The notes under the pieces are model-generated. The model saw only the letters and a list, made by a program, of their open reading frames with translations. It ran no database searches and was not told where the DNA came from. Below are positions 11,180-23,951 of a stretch of DNA of 64,000 bases, one piece after another (position 1 is the first letter of the stretch; each line of letters starts with the position of its first letter). Origin of the DNA: Balanoglossus misakiensis. Taxonomy: Eukaryota; Animalia; Hemichordata. Where the stretch lies: positions 9,517,337 through 9,581,336 of the forward strand of contig CM082586.2 in NCBI GenBank assembly GCA_040954595.2. Direction: 5' to 3'. A program made the position numbers and the translations under genes.

Positions 11180-13690
11180 TTCTCTCCTGTCACAAAAATT
11201 TCATGGGAATTCTAATTCTAAAAGGAAAACTCATTTGATAAAAGATCTCAAAGTCAAGTTTTGGATGTGGCTCCAGTTCAAGTATTGTATGTGATTAATT
11301 TTCTGGAGCTCAAGTCTGTATACTTAAAGTAGAGTTGGTCACATGGACTTGGGTAATCTGAGTGTGGTCAGAAATTGAACTTACACACATTGATTGAGTT
11401 AAGAACATGTCTGGTGTATTACTGTAATATGACTAGATACTGCAAATGCATTAACTATAAGCGTTTGTTAAAATATGCAGTTTTCATCGACATATCTGAT
11501 TCACAAAATTAAATACACATGTTCATTAAAACCCACTATGATAGAGCGCCCCCACTGTTCAGAATGTCAATGTTGAAGTCCTACATCTATGACGTCATGC
11601 CTAGCTGTCAATGTTAACTGATATGTACTTGTACTACTAGTAAATGGAAGTACTTTAAAGTAAAGCTCAGATGCAAGGGTTTTGTAAAATAAATATAATA
11701 TTAAAACGTTGCCATCATTTTAGTCCTTTGGAACAGCGGTCCAATTGACTAATGTGATCACTCTGTGTGCGGCATATGGCATATTAAGCATTTAGCATTT
11801 TTCAATCAGAAGCCGTTAATCCTGTGATTAATTCTGCTTCTTGCAACATTGATTTTAAATCACCACACATGAATATTTTTGTCCAAAGGACTGTGGTGCC
11901 CAAGTTTTTATGATGAGATAATCAAACAGTGAAATTCACTGAAGAAGTGTGTGAGCACTTGCCCTATCATTGTTCAATGAAAGGTGACCACCAAACTCAG
12001 CAAGGAGAATTCATCTGACGCCTTGAGCATACCAACAACAACCAATGTATTGAAAATACTTTCTGAAACCTTTCAGTCGATGTTGCTTGATGTATATTGT
12101 ATGACTGGACTCGATCATTATGTTTTTTTGCATTGACATTTTCAACAGCGTATCAAACTATTTTTTATTTGAGTTCATCATCGTAGTGATGGTACGTGCC
12201 ATGCTTTTGTTTCTTCGTGTGTGAAGTGACATCATTGTTGACAGTTACAATCTGATCAGGTGACATGCCACATTGGTATATTTTGTCAACATCAACAGTA
12301 TTGTTTTAATGTGGTTGACTGACATCACTTGGGGTTGGATAAAGTGCTTTCTGAGCAATATTATAACAGCAGCTATCAAGAATGTAAAAAATATTGAAAA
12401 CAGGCCATATCCTTAGCATTCCCTTTCATATTGTGTCTGCATTGCAATTGGTGATGTACAAAGTCCTTTTGACAACATGCATGGCTGGTTTGTTGTTGTT
12501 TTTTGTAAGAAACAAGTCTTTGATTTCCTGACTGCTAATTGCTGTCTTTGTACTACACTTCTAGTAATATCTCCATTTCTAGCTTTGCACCTCACATTTA
12601 ATAAATAGACTTGTGGATGTTTTGACACTTCTTGACAATGAAAGTGTATGGTTGCAGTGATCAAATGATACACAAATCAAAGGAACAAAGAGTGACTTTT
12701 CATTCTTTTGAGAACCTTGCATTCTTATATTTAAATGCTTGCCCACTGGCCCTAGGTGTAAAATAGCAAAATTTTATCCATTTACTATATTAAAAAAATA
12801 TTGTGCCAAAGAGTTGGAAGTCCAAATATCTTTACTTAATAATTTAATACTTTAATAATTACTCACAGTTTCCCTTAAGGTTTGGCCAACCTCTGGTGAA
12901 AGGATGACTTGTGATATAGTGTTTTAAATTGGAATATAATATGAGGTTATTACGAAAATACCGCAAAGTATGCACAAGGACATTAGCGCCAAGTATCTCC
13001 CGACGCGTAGCGGAGGGTGATGCGCTGCGCTAATGTCCGAGTGCATACTTTGCGGTATTTTTGTAATAACCTTATTATTATACATCTTACATCTCCGTTA
13101 GTTCTTGTGTTGCATGTTACTTGGCTTTTAAAACGCCCAAAATGCCGATACAATCGATCGTAAACCGCTCAGCTGAAACAGTGAGCAGCCTTCTTTCTTT
13201 TTTGTTTACGTGCGTTGGAGCGGGGGTGTCTTGAAACCGTCTGCATAACAACACATACCTGTACAAAGTGAGTTGGGGTGCCTTGAAACTTGGGGCGTAT
13301 TTAACACGCGTTACGTATGTACTATTCCGTACAGCTTTTTTAGTGCACGCTAAATTCTACTGTTCTCGGTGCCAGATGTATAATAAATACATATATTTTA
13401 AATATTTCATATTTTCAATCTAAAAGAGGGAGCTGCTTCCTCAAAATATAATTGACTGTCAGAATGAAAGGCAAGCAATTCAGGCAAGTTAACTCTAACA
13501 CAACAACTCTTCAATTAAATAATTGACATCAGACAACCACAAAGGCGATATTCAATTAATTTGTATGAATTCAAATGCAGTTAACAGATTTAAAATTACT
13601 GGTAGGCGTAGATTTTGTCAGCGTTTTCCTTCATGAGTTACTTTGCTATTAGTTTGTTCTGTGTAGTTGAATTGAACAGTGTTTGGTCTG
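11180..13690 (+). repeat. Segmental duplication block, paralogous to ~26135-28275
   Basis: Collinear similarity, e.g. 11240-11990 vs 26200-26950 and 12400-12930 vs 27440-27960. Confidence 0.85.
12941..13386. mobile_element. Hairpin non-autonomous element (Crypton-like)
   Basis: Palindrome 12944-13072 (AGGTTATTACGAAAATACCGCAAAGTATGCAC / GTGCATACTTTGCGGTATTTTTGTAATAACCT) plus a TTATTATACATCT...AGATGTATAATAA inverted pair. Absent from the paralog at ~27970. Confidence 0.7.
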
Positions 13691-14386
13691 TTCATAGTAC
13701 TGTACAAGTGTCATATTTCTCACATGAGTTGGGGATTTTCTGTCCCAAACAAGCTGCAGGCGAATGTGGGACAAAATATCAATGACGAGTGTGAGAAATA
13801 TGATCCTGGGTCCTTGGTGTATGAGATTGTATTTCTCACACGGCTACAAATTAGCCAAATTCGTTAAATAAATGACTCTTGAACTGTCATCTGGCACATT
13901 GTAGATTCTGTATCGCGTCATTGGATAACATTTAGCACATGTTGTTAAAGAACTCTTTGTCATCCAATCAGCGCTCGCATCATATACAGCTTTCGATTCA
14001 GTGAGAATGTGGGATTGATTTGTTCTCACACTCTGATCCAACACTCTCAGCATGCCAGGAGTGTGACAATCTATTACAAGTTTGAAATCTTAGGTGAAGA
14101 GTTTATCAATCTCACTGCCAACCCTGTAGGGCATTCTGGGATATGTGTTCATGCCAAAGCACAAACAGCCATGACCTGACAGCTCAGTTTGTAGATCATT
14201 TCTACAAATCCACAAAGAGACTCAAAGTTTAGAAATGTTGTGTCGGTTAGAAATATTAGACGTATCACTGTTAATACTTTATTTCAAAGCCATGTGAATT
14301 TGTTCACATTAGGGAAATTTTTAAAGGAAGGGAGGATTGGTATTGACTTGAATAATTACAATGGATGTTTTGTTCTCCATTTTCAG

Positions 14387-14509
14387 ATGTGAATAATGAG
14401 TGTTCAGATTCTGTTTGTGCTGTAGGGTGTCTAAATGCAGAGGGTGGATTCAGCTGTAGTTGTGGTGATGATGGTTTCTCTCTGAGTGCAGATCATGTCA
14501 ATTGTTTAG
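14387..14509 (+). CDS. cbEGF-like exon C, copy 2
   Basis: Splice sites ttttcag|...|gtaagt. Translates (D)VNNECSDSVCAVGCLNAEGGFSCSCGDDGFSLSADHVNCL. Confidence 0.8.
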
Positions 14510-14932
14510 GTAAGTTTTTTTTGAGTGGGGAGGGGATAGACCAACAATTGCTTTGCATTTCCTGCCTCAAAAGGGCGCTTACACATGTTGTATGTGACAA
14601 AGATTACAGCGAGTCACCATGTAAAAAAAATAATAAATAAAAGTTATCAGGCACTTTCCAAAGTTACACATTTAGAAAAAAATGAGTTTGTTGTCTCGTG
14701 TGTGATATTTTTGGCTAACAAAACACTAGCTTCTAATGTGGTTACTACATTGTTTGTTTATCAGTATACAGTACTGGTACAGATAAACATATGATATGAC
14801 CAAGTTATATGCCAGATGATATTTATCAAGTTTCACACAATTTTGCTCTCTTGTCGTATATTTTTTTCAAAGCCAACTGTACATGTAATTCAGATGTATT
14901 CATTCAAACACAATTTATCATATTTGTGTTTT

Positions 14933-15041
14933 CAAGCTGGTTGGTCACCATGCCAACAAGCATGTTACAACACACCAACCAGTTACCAGTGTGGTTGCAG
15001 ACCAGGATTTAAGTTGCACAGAAATCAACAAACATGTGTCG
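14933..15041 (+). pseudogene. cbEGF-like exon D, copy 2; splice acceptor and first Cys deleted
   Basis: 25-bp deletion (CCCACAGATGACAATGAGTGCAATC) relative to 10159-10183. The remainder translates [36 protein letters not shown]|gtgagt. Confidence 0.78.
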
Positions 15042-16205
15042 GTGAGTATCTACAATTGGGAGAAAGTAAGATGTAGGTATTTGTGCAATGTAAGTGTCCA
15101 ATACATGTACATATGTGACACTGAAATTACACATTGTACACTCAATAATTGGTAAATGTCTATTATTCATGACACAAATCAACATACAGTCAAACCTCTG
15201 TGACTGGCCACCTCTATTAAACAGCCACCTCTATATAGTGCCCACTTTATTCTAGTCCCTGTGTAATTTATATCTACATTAATTGACTTTTCTACCAGGT
15301 ATAATGGCCACCTGTCTATAAAGGCCAGTTTAGGAAAGTCCCTTCACTAGCCATAATGGACAGGTTTGACTGCACTTGTGTTGATTTCTGTCTGTAATAC
15401 GTGTAACACAATCATAAAATTTTTCATAAAGAGGGCACACTTCCAAAATAAGGTGTCATCTCCAAGCAGACAATGTGAAAAAGGAGGCCAGTTGGTTACA
15501 GAGTACTGCTCGAGCTCATCTACTTTGTTGTATACATGATACAAGTTGCGTGTAAAACTGACCTTACAATAAAATGTGGCTGTCGAAAGTCTGTCCCAAC
15601 TATAGTGTTGATACACAAGACAAAGTTTTTACTCTTTGACCAACTGGCCTCATGGTTGCGTCTTGGAAGGGCACCCTCTTTATGAAAAAGGCATATGATA
15701 TCACTACAAGGAATAAATTAACATGATAGAACATTGCTGATTAATGTCATAGATCATGATAACATGAATGCATAGCAATGTTTTGTTACAATTTGGTACA
15801 TAAAGAAATGGACTACTGTGACAGTATTGACTCTGGGAACTATGTAGATGATTCCCAGCCTCAAAATTCTGACTTGCTTCACCGTTGGAAGAAGTCAGTT
15901 TTCAGGTTAACATGTATATTTGTACAGAGTGTGGCATTAGTGAGTGGTTGCATCACATCAATGCATGACAAAAGGTCATCACTGTGTAAGACTCAGAAAT
16001 AGAATTTGAATACAAATCCTATTAAACAAAATATTCTAAAATTTACATGTTATTTTTAACACCTGTTTACTCCTATAAAAGTGAGTGCATGTGTTTTCGA
16101 GTTCTCTTCAATCCAGAGGCCACTGTATAGGCCTTAGTTGGTGCATGTAGCTCCTAGACTTAGAAATAAAGACGCCTCAAGTCCAGTTGACCATCTCACA
16201 CTTCT

Positions 16206-17228
16206 GGCACTGGTGGGATTCAAACCAACGCCATCGAAATGACTGCAGGTGTCTAAAACCCCTTGACTGTAGGACACAAATGCCTGACAGTGATATAACT
16301 ATGTTATAATGTTACGTCGACACGGGGATATGTTGTCTCAAATGATGAAATTGAGAAAAATTATCCCCATCTTGTTATAATCTGAGCCCAGTTGTCTTTG
16401 GTGTGAGATTCCAGTAGTCAAGAGTAGGCTTACCTTGAATAATGTAATGCTTGTAAATAATTTCTAATTTCCTCTTACCCTCCAGATATGAATGAATGTC
16501 ACAGTGGTGGAAATGCGTGTCAACACTATTGTCAGAATACCCATGGTAGTTATCTCTGCGCTTGCAGACAAGGCTTCAATGTGCTGGAGGATGGCCATGC
16601 ATGTGCAGGTATGTAACTGTGGATATTGATCTCTTCTGTGGCTACACTGTTTGGGGATTGTATATTGCTATGGTTACAATAAAACATGCATCCTGTCTGT
16701 CCATTGCACACATTTTAAAATTTGAAATCAACCGCACACTCGTACTGAACACATGTTTGTTGAAATTGTATCTCAGAATTTTTTCATTTATAATTATGCA
16801 TAATATAAACAAATTAACAAATGTGAAATTTTATCTTTGAAAATTTGTTTGCAAGGGTGAAAAAGTAATCTGTTTTTTTAAAAATCAGACAAAGTTTTGC
16901 TGACAGGGTACACAAGTTTCAGGGGATTTTGTCAAAATGAGAATGATAGAGAGTGTTAAAATTCCTAGAAAGAGATTGCCATGGATATTGAGGACTTTGG
17001 TGTAAAAACAATCAACTGATCAATTAATATGTGGTTACGAATATGTGTCATCAACCTCACCTTCTATCCACAATGCTGGATCTATAGACAGTTTTAAAAG
17101 GGGTTTAAAAACTCGTCTTTTTATTCTGCACAATTTCATTCCATTGCTTTTTTTGGTTTAAAGGGAATGTCTTTCAGAACTGTTTTGGTTTCTTTGGGGT
17201 TTTTAAGTGTAATTTTTTTATCCTTTAA
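16206..17228 (+). repeat. Segmental duplication of 1-870 and 1708-1879; continues at 23717-24812 (paralog of 1876-2177 and 7834-9241)
   Basis: Direct sequence identity with the window start, e.g. track ORFs 434 and 16562. Confidence 0.9.
16486..16608 (+). CDS. cbEGF-like exon A, copy 2
   Basis: Splice sites ccctccag|...|gtatgt. Translates (D)[40 protein letters not shown], a canonical six-Cys cbEGF. Confidence 0.83.
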
Positions 17229-17688
17229 AGAGCATATCTTAGCTCGAAACACACTTTGAGGATAAATAATAATTGGGCGTGTGTGTTAAATGCTGGTGTC
17301 CTTTTACTTATTTCATATGGATAAATAAATGTTAAATTTAAAAATGTTCAGGGCCTGAGAAAAAACTTCTGTTTGGGCCACGCCCATTTCTGTGACGTCA
17401 CAAGAGGAACCCATTTACGTTTGCAAGACTGTACATTGCAGTGGTTGAATTGCAATCATACATGTCTGTGATCTAAACAGCTTTGCTGGGTCAGCCTCTG
17501 GATCCCCCGTTCCATTCAAAATAAATGTACATATATACCTTTTCATCTAGGGGAGATGCGATTATGAAAAAAATAACACTACTCGGCCCGGTTAGGCTAC
17601 GGCTACGCATTGCAAGCAGTACACAACATGCAATGGCAGCGGATGTGTATAGGCACCTTACACATACAATGATTGCTGCCTCGATTAA

Positions 17689-18483
17689 GATGGGTCCCCC
17701 GTATCTTTTTGCTCGTTTCTATGGGCCTTTATAGGACACTACACTCAATTTTGATCGAAACCGTTATGAACGTCCGACAAGGGGCTTGTAACTAGTTAAA
17801 AATACACACGATCGTGTGCACACCCCCTGTCCGAGTATGTTTACGGCAGCTACCGCCCGGCCATAGGCCGCCACGCTAATACGGCAAAGCAGCGGTCAGC
17901 GATGGCGTGCGCGTCATGTAACCACAGTAACTGGATCGAACGCTAAAAATCCAATGTTTTGTACACAGAGATTTTGTACCGTTCACGAAAATCCCTAAGG
18001 CTTTTTTCATAGGCCACGTACGCCAGTCAAATTTGACCTGCTTGTTGAGAACGCACTTCCACACAGTGTGACGGATCGTTTTTTCGGTTTTCGTCGTGCT
18101 AAGAAGCGATACCGGTGGAAGAGTGCGTCCAAAAACACCTAAAATCGATGACTTTTTCCGCTGTGGTACGGGTATGCTGAAATCGTATGATACAACGATA
18201 ATATTCAAAAACAAAATCCGTCACGATCTTCCCTGGTTCAAGCAACTAATGAATACGTATCAAGTTCGTTTTTGAGGTCACGGAATAAAAAGCCTTAGGC
18301 TTTTGAAATTTGACCTAGCTAATTTGCATATCAATGGCGTCAGGGGGCGCGCGCTCACAATCGTGCAGATTTTCAACTAGTTACCAGCCCCTTGTTAGAC
18401 TCTGAAAACGGCTTAGTCCAAATCGGGGTGTAATGTCCTGCAAAGGCCCATAGCAACGGGCAAAAAGATCCGGGGGACCCATC
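17689..18483. mobile_element. MITE with ~120-bp imperfect TIRs and TTAA TSD
   Basis: Reads TTAA|GATGGGTCCCCCGTATCTTTTTGC...GCAAAAAGATCCGGGGGACCCATC|TTAA. Confidence 0.8.
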
Positions 18484-19589
18484 TTAAACCGTGGAATATT
18501 GCCCAGAGGTTTAGGACTAGAGTGTTGGGTCTCAATCTACTTATCTTGGACAATGTCAACTTATTGACAACTGATATATCGTGGTCTTTTGGCGATTTTC
18601 GGTCACTGCCTCAACAGACAAAATACGCGCGTGTTATTACAAGGGAACTCCATCAGCGCCGATGCGTGTACACGCAGTCAGCAGCGATGACACATATCGC
18701 GCCGCGATGTATATGTACCATGCCAGCACTAAAATTCTGTCTTCTGAATTACATGTAAGCTATATGCCTTTTTGGTGATGACAAACAGAAACATTTATGA
18801 CTTGTCGCTGTAATCATGAAAGTTCCTTCACATGCTTCATACTGCATTATAACAAAATGAAACCATACAACCAACAGCAACAGGCGATCATGCCGGGCCG
18901 ACCCACTCACGCTCACAAAGCATGAAACATTTTCATTGATACACACGAATATCCAAGTTTGGAAACGGTTTTCACTCACACGAGGCAAAATTTATTCAAC
19001 ACATTTTGTTTCAAAATTTGTACAGTGTGTTTTGGAGCCGATGAGTCGGACATAGTGCGTTCAAGTTTTCACATTGATTGCTGTCAACCTTAATTATCGA
19101 AGTTTGCGGTCCCTGGGTACCGGGTAGCCAGACGAAAGAGTGAATAATTATAAGCAATCTCGACATGATGTCGGCCAGCGCAAAATTGTGTTTACGCATC
19201 CTGCCAGTTCACCTACTACTGTGTAATCGCGGTCGCTGGAACACTGAATGAACACCAATATCGGGTATAAACGATCAGTTGTGCTCTGAATTGAATATTG
19301 ATCACTGGTCGACCTCTCCTACTGACAGGCTTCTATTTTCCTGTAAGGGTGTGGATTGTCTTCTCGTGATTCAAACCTGGCTGATTATCATTCAACGGTC
19401 ATGCATTGACAGTTACGGCCGCCGCCGCCGGATGGCTTCATATCCACCGTACAATATCGATGATCGTGGCATAGACTTTCATTGGTTTTCGGGGAATTCA
19501 CACGGGTGACTTCCGTCTAGGTAATGTGTTGCTGCAACCACGGCAACCACCTCTTTTTCCCATTGTGGTATTACACAGAAAAGCACGAA

Positions 19590-22500
19590 AACACCGTATG
19601 TGGAAATTTCAGAAAATGAGCATTTTAAAAGCATGTCAGGCATTTTTTGGTACAAGCTGGGAACAAGTTGTTTTTGGATATTTCGAATACGCTGATTTCG
19701 AATTTGCCTGTTCCCAAAAATTCTTTTCACGTTTTCATGTCGAAAATGGCAAATTAATTTGTGACGTCATAATTTCAAAATACCTAAAAGAAAACGCTGT
19801 TTGTAGCCATTATGGTGCAATATCACAGGTCAACACCATAATAGTCTATTGAAATCGTATTCTTATATTCATTTAAATACTTTTAAACAATTTTGTTTAA
19901 TTTAGAAACATTTGGTGAATTGGTAAAAATGCTAATTTATGTTAATTAGGTGACACACCCATCTAAAATCAATGGGTCTACAAAAGAGAGCCAACGGTGT
20001 TAAGTGAGGTGTCTATTCCAATGTTTTCAGGGTCAAGGAATTCAAATATGCAATCGGTTACCTTGTCAGACAAGGTGCAGCATGGAAAATATGCAAAATT
20101 AGCTTAATTAGTCATGATGTCATGCTAAAATTGACAACTGAAAGCTAAAGATACGACTATGGCCTGTGAGGTGTCTATTCATATGTTTTTTGACAAATGT
20201 TTGCATTTTAATGAATAACTGAAATGAAACTTTCCATATTAGTATGTAATAGCATGTAAAAAACAACAAAAACAAACAAACTAACAAACAAACAAACAAA
20301 TAAACATACACAACAAGGATTTAGTTTAGACTGTACATGCTCGCTGGTAACATCGTGACCAACCGCTCCGTTAAAAAACACCAGAACAAAGAACATATGA
20401 ACGTTTAGGTCCACAATTCACAAGTTATTGAACTATGAATGTATGTTCAATGCTGTGAAAAGCCAAAAACATACTTTTTGCCAAAAAAAATGACATTTGT
20501 TAACGTACAAGTTGTTCATTAATAGCGAAAGCACCGTATGGCCACACTCACATTATGCCAGCACCGTATATTCATGCTTAGTTATAAGACGTTGAATGCA
20601 CACTGATGGCCCGACGTCCTCATTGTTTTTTTGAAACCCGGTCTCTAACAACAATTTCTCTTCATAAGTAAAGAGTAATGTGTATTTTTATTACGGTTTT
20701 ATATATGATACTGTGTGCAAAGTGAAGATTGTGTGTCAGTGAGGCAACATATATACATGTATATTTAATCCACTTGGGTGTCGTACTTGGCTCAGATGTG
20801 TGTTAATGTGTACTAAACAAATTCAGAGAGCGAGCCGCCAATACAGATAATCTCACCCACAAAATACCAATTATAAAAAAACAAAATAAATTCATATTAC
20901 AATATTTGAAACAAGAAACTGCTCAAGGAGTAATTTTCAAAATATTTATCATCACTAAACTAGTTATAGGGGTAAATACAGGATCGAGATTCAGTCGCTA
21001 AAGAAATTCAAGTTTGGTAATAACACCGGTTACAACAAACTTAGTTAAAACATTGTATAGCCATAGATATATTATAATAGTGGCCTGGCATAAACAAAAT
21101 TTTCATAACATTTGGGCATTTTGTGATAAAAGTTTAACAAGTAAAGCTCAGTTGATTCATTCTTTTCCCCATAAAAATATCTTTGATGAACAAAATTCCA
21201 AATTTAGTCAACCCAGGAAAAACGGCATCTTGTTTCTCAACCTTATAAATTGATCTGACCAGTTTGAATCAGTGCAGAATCTAGCTTTTCTATTTTATCT
21301 TCATCAAATGATTCATGCAAATAAAGAATCACTTCCCCATAAAATGGTGGCAGAAATCCAGTATCATGACAGTCGATTGGTTTGTTAAAGTTACTATAGG
21401 AACTAACTATGTCTAGGTTGCATGTACATAGATAGATGTTAGGAATCCAAATCAAAATCTGTTTCAAACTTTTCATCCAATACTTGTCCTTCGGAAAGCG
21501 TTTTGATGAAGTCGCTTGAAGTGCTTTGTATTGCTCAAGTTATCGAAAATTTTAATCGCACCTTGATGATAGTCAGCAGTTCTATTTTGACATGTTATTT
21601 TGTGTATTTTTGAACCCCCAAAATCAAAGAATAAAATGATAAAGTGAAAATAAGCTTCAAAACACCAAAAGTCTTCAGGATCACAGCTTTTCTGTAAAGA
21701 GTAAGATTTCGCTTACTTCATGCTATTAAATGAAATGAAGTTTTCCGTAATATCTCTTGCAAAGTCAGATTACACATTGAGATATTAGAATGGAAGTACA
21801 TTCCAAGTGACTTGTTGGGAGCATTGGGCCACCTAATCCCAGAAAATTGCAATAAGACCTGTTTTTCCATTTACCAATCTAAAGGCCAACTGCTTGTATA
21901 TTTAGTTGGGTTTCTATAATTAACACACATTTTTGACAATATTTATGGCATGATGGACACTATTCTCGACAAATAAAATAATGTTGTGTCCTCCGCTGTA
22001 ATTTTTATGAGTTTGGAATCATAGACACCATTTATTTTTTGGTCAACTCTGTTAACAGTGGACACAATTGCTGGAGTGGAACTGATACATGATCTAAAGT
22101 ATCAAGACATATGGTCGATTATTAGCGTTTCAGCAATTCGACTTAAGTTTCTTAAATTTCCTATGGCATTTTGACAAACATCAACGCCCCGAAAAAACGT
22201 TGTCAACGCTGCGGTCGCGATTGTGGTCGAAACAAAGCCGACATTTTCGCATGGTTCGTTACCTGGGGTCCATTTAGATTGCATTGCGTTTGAGGCCCTA
22301 TGTGTACGTATGTCTGTCGACCAATACACGTGACGACCGCGGACTCAGTTTGGATCAACGTCTATTTCGGGCAGTAGACTCTCCTATCAAGTTGATAAGG
22401 AAATTTTACCAGTCACGAGTAAGCCAAGCCCACATCCGTGTGCAAATCTGATATATCGGTGATCTGTTTATATGATTATCATTAGCTAAGGTGGTAAACT

Positions 22501-23497
22501 GTTGTGATTCATATGTGTAATTTACGTACTGCAAGTTAAATATCGCAATTAGCCTAATGTTTGACCATAGACAGTATGCTTTGATTTCTAGAAGAGCACC
22601 TATTAATCCGAGAACAAAGGGATTAAAAGTTACGCCGTTAAATTGTGTTTTAATAACTTACTTACCCTATAAGTAGTTAAGTAACCATAATATCTTTGAA
22701 AATCATTCTTTCCACAGTTCCTTGTATCAAATATAGAAATCTAAATTTTTTTTGGTGTTCACAGATGTTATTTGGTGGGTGAAATTATCTGTATTGGTGG
22801 CCATTTTGAAAAATTGGTTGCCATGGAAACTCATCAACAGATATTTAGTGGCTCGCTATCTGAATTTGTTTAGTACACATTAACACACATCTGAGCCAAG
22901 TTTGGTGCTTTTATCACAAAATGCACAATCGCTATGAAAATTAGGGTTTGGCCGCTCCACTACAGGGCTTTAGACGGCCATATTGAATTGCCACATCGAG
23001 GCTCTTATCTCAAAATGAACTTCACACTTGAAGTATTGTTTTGAACAAGGTTTAAGTCCTTTATTAAAATAAAGAAAAGGTAATTTTTTCCAATGGTTGT
23101 GAGTTTTCAGTACATGTACTGTTACACCTAGCTTTATTATTATTTGGTAGCCAAAAATCAACGAATTATTCATACAATATGCAAATTTGTGCATAATTAT
23201 TGTTTTATTATTGCTATTTTGTGTTTATACAACCAAACAAGTTGTTGATGTAAACATGTTGTTTATTTTCATTGTTTAAGGAGGTACGTGAACATTTCTT
23301 TGATGCTATTCATGTGAGAATTGCGATCCTTGGCGGCCATATTTGATTTGCCAAAACGAGGCTCTTATCTCAAAAAGATCTTTTGGGAACAGGCATTTTC
23401 GAAATCAGCGTAGTCGAATTGACCAAAAAACATATTTGGTTTGCTTGTACCAAAAAATGCCAGAGGGGGTCACAATTTCTCAAATCTCCACCTGACT
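19590..23497. mobile_element. Nested element(s) with long imperfect inverted repeats (possibly Academ-like); boundaries approximate
   Basis: 19640-19720 (GGCATTTTTTGGTACAAGC...TACGCTGATTTCGAA...GCCTGTTCCCAAAA) is inverted at 23380-23462, and 20787-20865 is inverted at ~22770-22900. Candidate termini end ...CCACTA and ...GACTA. Confidence 0.45.
21050..22040 (-). pseudogene. Degenerate L1/Tx1-type LINE ORF2 fragment (RT C-terminal half)
   Basis: Minus-strand pieces occur in L1/Tx1 order: KITAEDTTLF (YADD-derived), SKRNLTLYRKAVILKTF, GSKIHKI...DYHQGAIKIFD, KALQAT...KR, FLPPFYGEVI. Many frameshifts. Confidence 0.65.
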
Positions 23498-23843
23498 ATG
23501 AAGGGTTCCTCTTGTGACGTCACGTCACATGACCAAAATGCAGCAAATCTGAACTCAGATTTTCAGGACAGGGTGGATTTTGAAGTATTTTATGAGAACA
23601 AAACAAATATTATAGAAATCGATACCCGAAAAATATTGTCACTTTTGGTAAATATTAGATTTCTTTCAATCATTTTTTAACCTTCTGATAAGATTTTAAA
23701 AGGCAAGATATGCTCTTTAAGCTTTCACTTGTTTTCCAATTTTATTATTTTCAGTAGAAAATGCACTAAGATGTATGTGTATTACGTTTGTCAGGATATA
23801 AATAATAATAAAATTAAAAATAATAAACTATCTTTGATTTCAG

Positions 23844-23951
23844 ATGTCAATAAGAGAGCAGATCTTTGTGAAGGCCAGTGTGTGAATACAGCAGGCTCTT
23901 TTTATTGCACTTGTTCTGTGGGATATTGATTGGTCAATGGAGAGTGTACAG
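23844..23951 (+). pseudogene. cbEGF-like exon B, copy 2; 9-bp deletion removes Cys1, in-frame TGA
   Basis: Translates (D)VNKRADLCEGQCVNTAGSFYCTCSVGY*LVNGECT|gtaag. Confidence 0.78.

Larger units (their letters stand above)
17401..23514. mobile_element. Nested DNA transposon, 12-bp TIR CAAGAGGAACCC and 8-bp TSD TGACGTCA (P- or hAT-like)
   Basis: Reads TGACGTCA|CAAGAGGAACCC at 17393-17412 and GGGTTCCTCTTG|TGACGTCA at 23503-23522. Confidence 0.7.
17229..23716. mobile_element. Kolobok-like TTAA element hosting nested insertions
   Basis: Reads TTAA|AGAGCATATCTT...AAGATATGCTCT|TTAA. The empty site cctTTAAgctttc is at ~1876 in the paralog. Confidence 0.88.
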
